DNA of 64,000 bases from an uncultured Dehalococcoidia bacterium (lineage in GTDB: Bacteria; Chloroflexota; Dehalococcoidia; Lucifugimonadales; CAJWUJ01), in assembly GCA_913047625.1 (NCBI GenBank), contig CAJWUJ010000007.1, forward strand, positions 495 to 64,494. The letters are read 5' to 3'. Shown here piece after piece: positions 55,997-64,000 of this stretch. The translations under genes were made by a program, and so were the position numbers. Position 1 is the stretch's first letter. Every line of letters begins with the position of its first letter. A model generated the notes under the pieces. The model searched no databases. It was not told where the DNA came from and worked only from the letters and a program-made list of their open reading frames with translations.

Positions 55997-56041
55997 TGCT
56001 GTGATATCTTGAAAACAGGTTCGGACCGTTATAAGTAGTTA

Positions 56042-56848
56042 CTATCTATTTCGTAACCACGAATATCCTGATACGCATAAAAACCAAAACGTAGCAAAGA
56101 GTACTATAGCCGCGCCAGATGAAATATCAAAATAATAACTAAGGTACATACCTGCCACCGAGTATAGTGATCCCAGTGCGACAGATATGAAGATTACCTT
56201 ATGAAAATTATTGGATAATAGTCGAGCTGTTACAGGAGGTATGACTACGGCGGCAGCAATTAAGGTGACCCCGAGGATTTGGATTGAGACAACTACGGTC
56301 GCAGCCAGAATAAGTGAGAAAATAGTGTCTATGATTGTCACGGGTAGACGGTAGACTCTGGCAACTTCTTCATCGAAAATCAGGAACAGGAACCTTTTGT
56401 ACCAGAAAAACATGATCAATGAACATAGAAGGGCGACTACTGCGATAGCTATGAGATCACCGTTGGTAATGCCTAGAATATTTCCGAATAGTGCAGCATC
56501 AAAACTTCTGGTAAATGATTTATAGCGACTGATAATCGCTATGCCAAGTGCAAAACTTGCAGTGGTGACAATTCCTATTGCAGCATCATTACTAATTTGT
56601 CGTTTTCTACTGGCTAAACTTATTAGCACTGCAGACAGAAAACCCCAAAGGCTTGCTCCCACGTAAAAATTGATGGCCATGACGTAACTTACAACAGCGC
56701 CCCCGAAAATAGCGTGTGCTAATCCGTGACCGATATAGGCCATTTTCCTGAGAACAATGTACACCCCGACGAGTCCACATAGTGCACCTACCAGGGCTCC
56801 TGCAATAATGCCCCGGACAAAAAATTCATATTGAAACGGTTCAAACAT
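56042..56848 (-). CDS. Metal (Zn/Mn-type) ABC transporter permease (ABC-3 family)
   Basis: 268 aa and highly hydrophobic with about 8 segments. Located in an operon with an ATPase and a TroA-like binding protein. Confidence 0.85.
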   Translation of the reverse strand: MFEPFQYEFFVRGIIAGALVGALCGLVGVYIVLRKMAYIGHGLAHAIFGGAVVSYVMAINFYVGASLWGFLSAVLISLASRKRQISNDAAIGIVTTASFALGIAIISRYKSFTRSFDAALFGNILGITNGDLIAIAVVALLCSLIMFFWYKRFLFLIFDEEVARVYRLPVTIIDTIFSLILAATVVVSIQILGVTLIAAAVVIPPVTARLLSNNFHKVIFISVALGSLYSVAGMYLSYYFDISSGAAIVLFATFWFLCVSGYSWLRNR

Positions 56849-56901
56849 TATTTAAAGTGGTGATACAGTGATGTTATGTAGAGTACAGGTTTATTAAGAA
56901 G

Positions 56902-57711
56902 CTACTTCTTACCAAAGACGTGTGGCTTTTCTGCCACTATAGTAAGGCCTTCAAATTCTGTGATAGGCATTTCTGCGTTATAGGTTTTATTGAGTATATC
57001 TGCAGTGAATACTGCAGATGGTGGTCCTTCCGCAATGATTGATTTGTTGAGACATATCACCCATGGAAGATGAGCTGCCACCGAATTAATTTCATGCGTG
57101 GTCATCAATATAGTGATACCTTCATGGTTTAATTGATCAAGTACGTGCATAGTATCATCGCGTGTCTTAATATCCATTCCCGAAACTGGTTCATCAAGAA
57201 GGAGAATCTTGGGATTTCCAACAAGAGCTCGTGCGAGAAATACTCGTTGCTGTTCTCCGCCTGAGAGTTCTCTTATGTGTTTGTTATGCAAATGCCTGAT
57301 GCCTAGTTGAGTCATAATATCTAGGGTTTGTTTTCGGTCTTGATGATTATGCCACGGCAGCCATGGAGAGTGGGTAATTCTTCCCATGAGAACAACTTGC
57401 TCAGCCGTTACCGGGAAATTCCAGTCTATAGTTTCCAGTTGGGGTACGTAGCCGATCAATGGTTGTTTTTTACTGGAAACTGTTTTCTCAATAAGGATTT
57501 GACCACTATACACTTTTGCTGTCCCTAGGATGGCCCGGAGGAGAGTGCTTTTGCCAGATCCGCTGGGTCCTAGGAGTCCAACAAAGTCACCAGCCATAAT
57601 TTTAAGGCTTAAATTTTCTAGAATGCTGTTATTCTGGTAGCCGCAGCTGACAGATCGTAGCTCGATCAGAGGATTTTCAGAGGTAGTATCATGAGGTTTA
57701 GGATGAAGCAT
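56902..57711 (-). CDS. Metal ABC transporter ATP-binding protein
   Basis: GPSGSGKST, LSGGEQQR, LLLDEP. ATG 57711 avoids the 32-nt overlap implied by the track start. Confidence 0.88.
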   Translation of the reverse strand: MLHPKPHDTTSENPLIELRSVSCGYQNNSILENLSLKIMAGDFVGLLGPSGSGKSTLLRAILGTAKVYSGQILIEKTVSSKKQPLIGYVPQLETIDWNFPVTAEQVVLMGRITHSPWLPWHNHQDRKQTLDIMTQLGIRHLHNKHIRELSGGEQQRVFLARALVGNPKILLLDEPVSGMDIKTRDDTMHVLDQLNHEGITILMTTHEINSVAAHLPWVICLNKSIIAEGPPSAVFTADILNKTYNAEMPITEFEGLTIVAEKPHVFGKK

Positions 57712-57721
57712 GAGTTTCCTA

Positions 57722-58753
57722 TTAAGGATATATGGCAGTCTGGTTTCCGACAAATACTACACTTGGATCAAAGTTAGTGAAAGCCTCTGCGGTTCCACCG
57801 AGGGCTGGTATCATGATTTGCATATTGGATAGTATAAGCCCAAGATAGGTATGCTGTAGATCCCCCGAGGTTCCCGGTAAATCATCGTCTCGTAACTCAT
57901 CAATAAATTCTGCGCCCCCTTCTTTGGCTATTTGCTCCATGATTGGACTGGGGAATACTTCTGAACCAAAGATACTCGGTACATTAAGTGCTTTTACTTG
58001 ATCGATTAGTTCAGCAACTGACTTGGCGGAAGGTTCTGTAAAATCTGAGGGTTGTATAGCACCCACTATTTCAATTCCGTACCGTGCACCGAACATAGGA
58101 AATGAATCATGGTATGTTACTAGTTTTCTGTTCGCAGGTGGAATCGTTTCTACTGCCAGTACAATCCGCTGATGTAGATCTTCTGTTTTTACCTTGAGTT
58201 TAGCGAAGTTAGCTTGATAGTATTCCGAGTTGACTGAATCAAGTCTGATGAGTTCCTGGAGGATTAATTCAGCGTATTTTATTCCCATAAGAGGATCAGT
58301 CCAGAGGTGGGGATTGGGATGACCGTTTGCTTCAGGAAAAGAAAAATCAAATACCCACTCATCTTTTGTGATTGCCTTGTCTCCCAGAAGCAAAAGAGTT
58401 GCTGTCTCCTGTTTGTTTGCTTGCGCCATTGCTAGTGTAGGCTCTTCAAGAAATAATCCATTCAACACAATGAGGTCAGCTTGTGCAAGAACGGACGCAA
58501 CGGATGGTGAGGGTTCGAACGTATGGGAATTTACGCCTTCAGGAATAAGCCCCTCTAGCTGAATCAGCGTTCCTCCGATATTTTCAACCAAACTGGTAAG
58601 AGGTGAGACAGTGGTTACTACTTTCAGGCGATTGTCTTGATCTTCGGATGAGTTGTCTTTGACATCAGCACAGCCAGTTAGTGCCACAATCGTAAGACAG
58701 GCAGCTGCGAGATATAGTAGCTGTATTGGAATTTTGTACAGTGGTATTTTCAT
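57722..58753 (-). CDS. Metal ABC transporter substrate-binding lipoprotein (TroA/ZnuA-like)
   Basis: Lipobox VALTGC. GHPNPHLWTDP metal-site region. The start is ATG 58753 or TTG 58795. Confidence 0.82.
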   Translation of the reverse strand: MKIPLYKIPIQLLYLAAACLTIVALTGCADVKDNSSEDQDNRLKVVTTVSPLTSLVENIGGTLIQLEGLIPEGVNSHTFEPSPSVASVLAQADLIVLNGLFLEEPTLAMAQANKQETATLLLLGDKAITKDEWVFDFSFPEANGHPNPHLWTDPLMGIKYAELILQELIRLDSVNSEYYQANFAKLKVKTEDLHQRIVLAVETIPPANRKLVTYHDSFPMFGARYGIEIVGAIQPSDFTEPSAKSVAELIDQVKALNVPSIFGSEVFPSPIMEQIAKEGGAEFIDELRDDDLPGTSGDLQHTYLGLILSNMQIMIPALGGTAEAFTNFDPSVVFVGNQTAIYP

Positions 58754-58924
58754 ATTGGCATAAATTGGGTGTATTTCACTCAAATATTTCTTCAAATGAT
58801 ATCAAAAATTCTGGAAGCTATGAACAGTACTCTTGGACTATAAAACTGTTTAGTGTTCCTTTAAGGTAATCAGACATTGTTTTTTTCTCAGGTTTTGACA
58901 GTTTTATTAGACCTGTCGTTAGGT

Positions 58925-58953
58925 TTGACATCAATAATTCACTGGGCTATCAT
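58925..58953 (+). promoter_or_regulatory. Sigma70-like promoter (TTGACA-17 nt-TATCAT) upstream of the tRNA gene
   Basis: TTGACA at 58925-58930 and TATCAT at 58948-58953. The tRNA starts at 59001. Confidence 0.45.
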
Positions 58954-59000
58954 CGTGCCTCGTGGGTAAGTTGAGCGTCTGGCTCCTTGTCTGCTTAGGT

Positions 59001-59076
59001 GGCAACGTAGCTCAGGGGTCAGAGCGGGCGCTTCATAAGCGCTAGGTCGCTGGTTCAAATCCAGCCGTTGCCACCA
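59001..59076 (+). tRNA. tRNA with CAT anticodon, elongator type (tRNA-Met, or tRNA-Ile2 if lysidine-modified), CCA encoded
   Basis: Acceptor GGCAACG/CGTTGCC with a paired G1-C72. The anticodon stem has no GGG/CCC run, so it is not an initiator. Loop TTCATAA. T arm GCTGG-TTCAAAT-CCAGC. Confidence 0.9.
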
Positions 59077-59082
59077 GTTGCA

Positions 59083-59128
59083 TTACTCAAGACTATTAGT
59101 AATCTGAGTAAGATATTTCTTTCTATTT
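59083..59128 (+). terminator. Weak candidate terminator after the tRNA
   Basis: TTACTCA (59083-59089) pairs with TGAGTAA (59105-59111). The loop is 15 nt, followed by a T-rich ATATTTCTTTCTATTTT. Confidence 0.3.
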
Positions 59129-59229
59129 TAAACGTGGTGTTTCTATTCTTGCCACGTGTGTGTGTTTAAGGTAATCTCTCTCCATCCTATCGTGGAATCA
59201 TATTTGAATTTACTAAAAGGGGTACACCA

Positions 59230-60981
59230 ATGAATGTGCGGGATCCTATTCGGCTTGAAATCTTAAAGAATGCCCTGGAGGGTATAGCTGATGGTATGGC
59301 ACTCACGATTGTACGAACATCACGATCTACCATTGTTAGGTCATGTTTGGATTTTTCTACGGGGGTACTGGATAGGAATGGTGAACTGGTTGGTCAGGGT
59401 GCATGTTTGCCTATGCATCTCGGAGGTATGATGCCTGCCCTGCAGTCCTGTCTTTCGCGCTATCCGGGGGACGTCCATCCCGGTGACATTTTGGTTTCTA
59501 ATGATCCTTACGAGGGAGGAAGTCATCTCCCTGATATTTTCTTGTATAAACCTGTTTTTGTTGGCGGGGTTATCACAGGATACATGTGTGCTATGGCGCA
59601 TCATACTGATATCGGAGGAAGGGTTGCAGGTGGGAATGCCTGTGATAGCACCGAAATTTATCAGGAAGGATTGCGGATTCCCCCACTGAAATTGTATAGG
59701 GAAGGGGTTCCGGATGAGAGCTTATTTCGGATTCTTGAGAAAGCAGTTAGGCTCCCTGAGAAAGTAATGGGAGATTTAAAGGCCCAAATTACTGCTTTGG
59801 ATTATGGCGAAACCGCCTGGGTTAAACTAGTAGAACGATACGGAGTTGAAGGATTTAGTTCTGCTATTGAAGAGTTACTGGATTATACGGAAGAATTGAC
59901 CCGCCAGTCTCTGCTTACGTTGCCTAATGGCACATGGACTTTTACAGATTATATCGATGATGACGGGTTTGGGATGGGGCCTATTCCTATAGTTACAACG
60001 CTGACCAAGGAAGGGGATAATCTGCATGCCGACTTTACAGGAACTGGTCCTCAGGCAAAAGGCGCAATTAATCCTGTGAAAGCAACCAGCGAAGCTATGG
60101 TGTATGCGGCTCTTAAAACTGCATTAACGGCACTTGGGGCTGAGATTCCCAATACGTCTGGGTATTTTCGACCGGTCTCGATGAAGATGCCTGCAGGCAC
60201 TTTTATCAACGCAAATCCTCCTGCACCTGTCGCAGCACGATCTATGGGATGTATACGGTTGTTCCAGTCTATCATGGGAGCTTTTGCCCAAATGTTGCCG
60301 CAGGCGATACCTGCATGTTCTGGTGGATGTGAATACGGTTCAGGGATTTCCGGCTATGATAAATCAAAAACGCCATGGAAGCCTTGGATCCAGATGGACT
60401 TTGCTAATGAAACTGCGATTGGAGCATTTGCTTATAAGGATGGAACAGATGCCCAAGGTTGCTACAATACGAATCTTGCCAACATTCCTGTTGAAGAAAT
60501 AGAAGCAGAACAGCCGTTACTTGTAGAGGAGTATGCTCTGGTGGCTGACACAGAAGGGGCTGGTATGTACCGTGGAGGACTGGGTATGTCGAGAAAGTAT
60601 CGCTATCTTCTTGATGAAACGCTGGTTCAAATGCGCGCTGACAGGGAAGAACACACACCTTATGGTCTTTTTGGTGGGGAGGATTCCGCCCCAACGGAGA
60701 TTCATGCCCAGTACGGTAAGGAAGTAAAAACAATGCCTACAAAATTCCTTTCTACCTTTGGTGCCGGTGATGCTTTGCGTATTCAATGGCCTGGAGCCGG
60801 GGGATGGGGAAATCCATTAGAGCGTTCACCGGAACTATTGTTGGACGATGTTATTGCAGAAAAAATCACTGTTGAACGTGCCCGTTCCGTGTACGGTGTA
60901 GTTATTGATAATGTTGCAAGAACTGTTGACTACAAGCAGACTCAGTTGCTGAGACAAGAGAAGCAGGCTAGTGCTAAATAA
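59230..60981 (+). CDS. Hydantoinase B/oxoprolinase-family protein (HyuB-type)
   Basis: 583 aa. LEILKNALEGIADGMALTIVRTSRS, NDPYEGGSHLPDIF, GGNACDSTEIYQEGLRIPPLKLY, WPGAGGWGNP. Confidence 0.93.
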   Translation: MNVRDPIRLEILKNALEGIADGMALTIVRTSRSTIVRSCLDFSTGVLDRNGELVGQGACLPMHLGGMMPALQSCLSRYPGDVHPGDILVSNDPYEGGSHLPDIFLYKPVFVGGVITGYMCAMAHHTDIGGRVAGGNACDSTEIYQEGLRIPPLKLYREGVPDESLFRILEKAVRLPEKVMGDLKAQITALDYGETAWVKLVERYGVEGFSSAIEELLDYTEELTRQSLLTLPNGTWTFTDYIDDDGFGMGPIPIVTTLTKEGDNLHADFTGTGPQAKGAINPVKATSEAMVYAALKTALTALGAEIPNTSGYFRPVSMKMPAGTFINANPPAPVAARSMGCIRLFQSIMGAFAQMLPQAIPACSGGCEYGSGISGYDKSKTPWKPWIQMDFANETAIGAFAYKDGTDAQGCYNTNLANIPVEEIEAEQPLLVEEYALVADTEGAGMYRGGLGMSRKYRYLLDETLVQMRADREEHTPYGLFGGEDSAPTEIHAQYGKEVKTMPTKFLSTFGAGDALRIQWPGAGGWGNPLERSPELLLDDVIAEKITVERARSVYGVVIDNVARTVDYKQTQLLRQEKQASAK

Positions 60982-61013
60982 GGATAGTGTTTCCCACTGC
61001 AATCCTGGCAGTG

Positions 61014-62207
61014 CTAGAGGCTTCTCAAACTTGAAAAAACCTTAAGGATCGTCACTACAGCTAGAATGGAAAGCAGGCCAACCAGTAGTGTAGCCAGCGG
61101 AGCTGACATGATTTCCGCGAGATATCCCACGGCGACTTGGCCTACAGGCATCAACCCGAATGCCATATAGCGGATGCTAAATACGCGTCCCAGTATTTCA
61201 GTAGGAACGTTTGTTTGAATGAGTGTGAAGTTTGCGCTGATAAATGTTTGCTGGCAAAGGCCGACCAGGATTGCTATAAGCGCAGAAACAATGATCCATG
61301 GGGATTGGCTGAATAGAATAAGAACAAAACCGTAACAAAGTGCTGCTCTCCGCAGGGATTTCCCCAATATAATTGGGGTATTTCTCATTGCACAAAAAAC
61401 ACATCCGAGTAAAGCACCAAAGCCTGTTGCACCCATAAGGAGTCCAAGCCCTGAAGAATTTGAACCCAGAACATCTCTTGCAAACACAGGTAACAGTGCT
61501 TGATACGGCATGGACAGCATCATAACCGCACCACCCAGTACGATAAGTGCACCGATGCTGCTATTTACCCGTACGTAACGGAACCCTGCAATCAGTGTCG
61601 CTAAAGGAGACGCCTTTGCAGGGGATTTCCATGGACCGTGTTTTGGCTGGATTCTTGACCACTGGGTAAGTCCGAATGCAGTGACGCCGCAACTAATAAA
61701 CAATGTAACGGATTCCCCGAATATGCTAATGAAATAGCCTGCTAAGCTGGGTGCTACAAGGAATGATAAGGTCCATGACATCGTAGAAAGGGCGGCACCG
61801 TTCCGAAGGGCTTCCTTGCTTACCACTGAGGGAAGCATGGCATTACGCGCTGAAGTGCTGAGTGCAAATGCTATGCCTGATGCCAGGGTAATACCGATGA
61901 TAAGGGATGGGTTGAGGAGATCCATCCGGTAAAGCACAGCGAGCAGGATATAGAGGAGCAAAACTACGAATTCTGCAGATATAATCAGTAGTTTCCGGCT
62001 ATATTTATCCGCAAGCAATCCTCCAGCGAGTGACAGTAACAACATGGGGATGAAAAAAGCGCCTTGTGTCATAGTGACCAGTAGCGGAGAGTCGGTGAGT
62101 TCCAGCATGATCCAGCCTCTGGTAATGAGCTGAATTTGCAGACTGCACCATGTCGAAGACAGCGCGTATATATACACCCTGTAATTGGGTTCGTAGAGGG
62201 CTAACAT
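61014..62207 (-). CDS. MFS transporter
   Basis: About 12 hydrophobic segments. LADKYSRK-type loop after TM2. Start taken at ATG 62207; the track's 62315 adds a non-hydrophobic extension. Confidence 0.82.
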   Translation of the reverse strand: MLALYEPNYRVYIYALSSTWCSLQIQLITRGWIMLELTDSPLLVTMTQGAFFIPMLLLSLAGGLLADKYSRKLLIISAEFVVLLLYILLAVLYRMDLLNPSLIIGITLASGIAFALSTSARNAMLPSVVSKEALRNGAALSTMSWTLSFLVAPSLAGYFISIFGESVTLFISCGVTAFGLTQWSRIQPKHGPWKSPAKASPLATLIAGFRYVRVNSSIGALIVLGGAVMMLSMPYQALLPVFARDVLGSNSSGLGLLMGATGFGALLGCVFCAMRNTPIILGKSLRRAALCYGFVLILFSQSPWIIVSALIAILVGLCQQTFISANFTLIQTNVPTEILGRVFSIRYMAFGLMPVGQVAVGYLAEIMSAPLATLLVGLLSILAVVTILKVFSSLRSL

Positions 62208-62451
62208 CCCCTGTCTGCGCTTCTTGATGGGGTTGGCTTCGGTCAATACTATAGCTTTATAAAAAAAGTGGGTGGGGCGACCCTGTTCCTGTAGGTATAA
62301 TACCACGTTCAGCAAGAAACTTATGCCTGCTTGGATGTCAGTATTGTAAACAGGGACTCAATGTTGTATAAACCAGTTACCACAAAGTCTGTGTAGGAAA
62401 GCAGCTGTCTTTCCTGGATTTGTGGCTATTTAAATAGACAAGGAGGGTGTA

Positions 62452-63183
62452 ATGGCAGTTAGAAAACGAATCGGGGCATTGGTTCCTTCAACCAATACTA
62501 CTGCAGAGGGGGATTATCAGCTTGCAGCTCCTGCAGATGTGACAATCCATGGTATGCGTATGTGGCTCACTAACGAGGGCCTCGGCACAGGGGAATCGAT
62601 GGATTGTATGAACGCTGAAATTGCATCTGGTGCGAAATACCTTTCGACCGCTAATGTTGATGCGATCGCTTATCTCTGTACGACAGGAAGTTTCTATCGG
62701 GGGCCAGGATGGGATAAAGAAATGTGCGACATTATCCAGCAGAATGCCGGTGTGCCGGGGATTGCGACTAGTCCATCTGCTGTTGAGGCGCTCAAACAAT
62801 TCGGGGCAAAGAAGGTCTCTATTGCGACACCATATCCTGAATGGAACAATGGGAAATTACGAGAATATTTCACCGCAGCAGGTTTTGAAGTACTGAATGT
62901 TGATGGTGATCCCATTGCTTCTAAGTCAGGGAACCAAGGGATTAATGATCAGGATCCGGAACGCATTGTCGAATTTGCGTCGTCCGTTTGTGATCCGAAT
63001 GCAGACGTTTTGTTTTGTTCCTGCACTGCATGGCGCTCAATGGAAGCTGCAGATCGGCTCGAACAAAAAGTAGGTAAACCTGTTGTTGCATCTAATCAGG
63101 CTACAATCTGGAAGACACTTAAAACATTGGGACTGAAAGTCAGTTCACGAGGGTACGGACAGCTTCTGGATCAGCTTGCATAG
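62452..63183 (+). CDS. Maleate isomerase / arylmalonate decarboxylase-like protein, tandem copy 1
   Basis: IGALVPSTNTT, LCTTGS and CSCTAWRS. AAGGAGGG before the ATG. Confidence 0.88.
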   Translation: MAVRKRIGALVPSTNTTAEGDYQLAAPADVTIHGMRMWLTNEGLGTGESMDCMNAEIASGAKYLSTANVDAIAYLCTTGSFYRGPGWDKEMCDIIQQNAGVPGIATSPSAVEALKQFGAKKVSIATPYPEWNNGKLREYFTAAGFEVLNVDGDPIASKSGNQGINDQDPERIVEFASSVCDPNADVLFCSCTAWRSMEAADRLEQKVGKPVVASNQATIWKTLKTLGLKVSSRGYGQLLDQLA

Positions 63184-63224
63184 GCTGATTTAGTAGCAAG
63201 TTTATTGAACGGATAGGAGGCAGT

Positions 63225-63956
63225 ATGGCAGTTAGAAAACGGATTGGGGCATTGGTCCCTTCAACTAATACCACGGGTGAAGGGGATTATCAGCTTGCTG
63301 CACCTGCAGGTGTGACAGTTCATGGTATGAGGATGTGGTGTACTAACGAAGGTCTCGGAACCGGTGAAATTATGGACCTGATGAATTCAGAGATTGCTTC
63401 CGGTGCAAAATATCTTTCGACTGCTAATGTGGATGTTATTGCATATATGTGCACCACTGGCAGTTTTTATAAAGGTGCCGGCTGGGATAAGGAAATGCGT
63501 GAGATTATCGAACAGAATTCCGGCGTACCCGGGATCGCGACCAGTCCATCCGCTGTAGAAGCCCTTAACGAAATAGGAGCAAAGAAACTTTCTATTGCGA
63601 CGCCGTATCCAGAGTGGAATAACGGAAAATTGCGGGACTATTTCACAGCAGCCGGTTTTGAGGTATTGAATGTCGTAGGGGAAGCCAATACGGCTAGTTC
63701 AGGGAATCAAGGCATTAATGACCAGGATCCAGATGAAATCGTTGAATTTGCTGCGTCTGTCTGTCATCCTGATGCTGATGTTTTGTTTTGTTCCTGTACC
63801 GCATGGCGTGCGATGGAAGCAGCAGGCCGCTTGGAAGAGAGGGTAGGGAAGCCTGTTATTACATCCAATCAAGCGACCGTCTGGAAGACCTTTAAGACAC
63901 TGGGAATCAATGTCAGGGAACGCGGGTTCGGACAACTTCTCGATCAACTGGTGTAG
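63225..63956 (+). CDS. Maleate isomerase / arylmalonate decarboxylase-like protein, tandem copy 2
   Basis: Same length (243 aa) and motifs as copy 1. About 46 mismatches by hand count. TAGGAGG before the ATG. Confidence 0.88.
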   Translation: MAVRKRIGALVPSTNTTGEGDYQLAAPAGVTVHGMRMWCTNEGLGTGEIMDLMNSEIASGAKYLSTANVDVIAYMCTTGSFYKGAGWDKEMREIIEQNSGVPGIATSPSAVEALNEIGAKKLSIATPYPEWNNGKLRDYFTAAGFEVLNVVGEANTASSGNQGINDQDPDEIVEFAASVCHPDADVLFCSCTAWRAMEAAGRLEERVGKPVITSNQATVWKTFKTLGINVRERGFGQLLDQLV

Positions 63957-64000
63957 AGGAAAGCAAAGGAGACTATGCTGCAGTTAGTTCTCGTAGCCGC

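Noticed and set aside
1-64000. Search for CRISPR arrays, transposases, integrases, phage genes, toxin-antitoxin pairs or defence systems.
   Set aside because: I found no regularly spaced direct repeats and no ORF with recombinase, nuclease or defence hallmarks. Neither tRNA gene (28411, 59001) has an adjacent integrase, and I noticed no downstream duplicate of a tRNA 3' end by eye. I therefore make no genomic-island claim.
63975-64000. ATG after AAGGAG that starts a new plus-strand ORF (MLQLVLVA...).
   Set aside because: Only 26 nt lie inside the window, which is too little to call a feature or product. It is noted as context for module C.

Overview
This is a dense chromosomal window from a moderately AT-rich bacterium. 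It holds about 65 protein genes on both strands and 2 tRNA genes (Thr-CGT and a CAT-anticodon elongator type). I saw no rRNA, CRISPR array, transposase, integrase or phage gene. The content is mainly accessory catabolism with paralog expansion. There are four HyuB-type hydantoinase/oxoprolinase genes (one cut at base 1), three maleate-isomerase/arylmalonate-decarboxylase-like genes (two in tandem), several amidohydrolases, two SDRs, a Baeyer-Villiger monooxygenase, a cofG-cofH-cofD-cofC F420 cluster and F420-type oxidoreductases. A housekeeping block at 49.4-56 kb carries prfA, prmC, fbp, a class I aldolase, rdgB and moaA. This mix resembles marine Chloroflexota of the SAR202 type, but that is inference from gene content only.

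The most interesting feature is a ten-gene minus-strand operon (8902-17098). It encodes the homocysteine-, pterin- and B12-binding modules of methionine synthase as separate proteins. It also encodes an MtaA-like transferase, a RACo-type reductive activase, MetF/MetV and three proteins I cannot assign.

Other points:
- An in-frame RNase HI-MoaC fusion.
- A lipoprotein with a trypsin/HtrA-like domain in which all three catalytic residues appear substituted.
- HyuB genes with no HyuA partner anywhere in the window.
- A promoter-leader-terminator unit upstream of a DUF4395 gene.
- Four conserved genes whose conserved N-termini lie upstream of any ATG/GTG/TTG, which implies ATT/ATA/CTG starts.

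All product calls rest on motifs read by eye. No database search was run.
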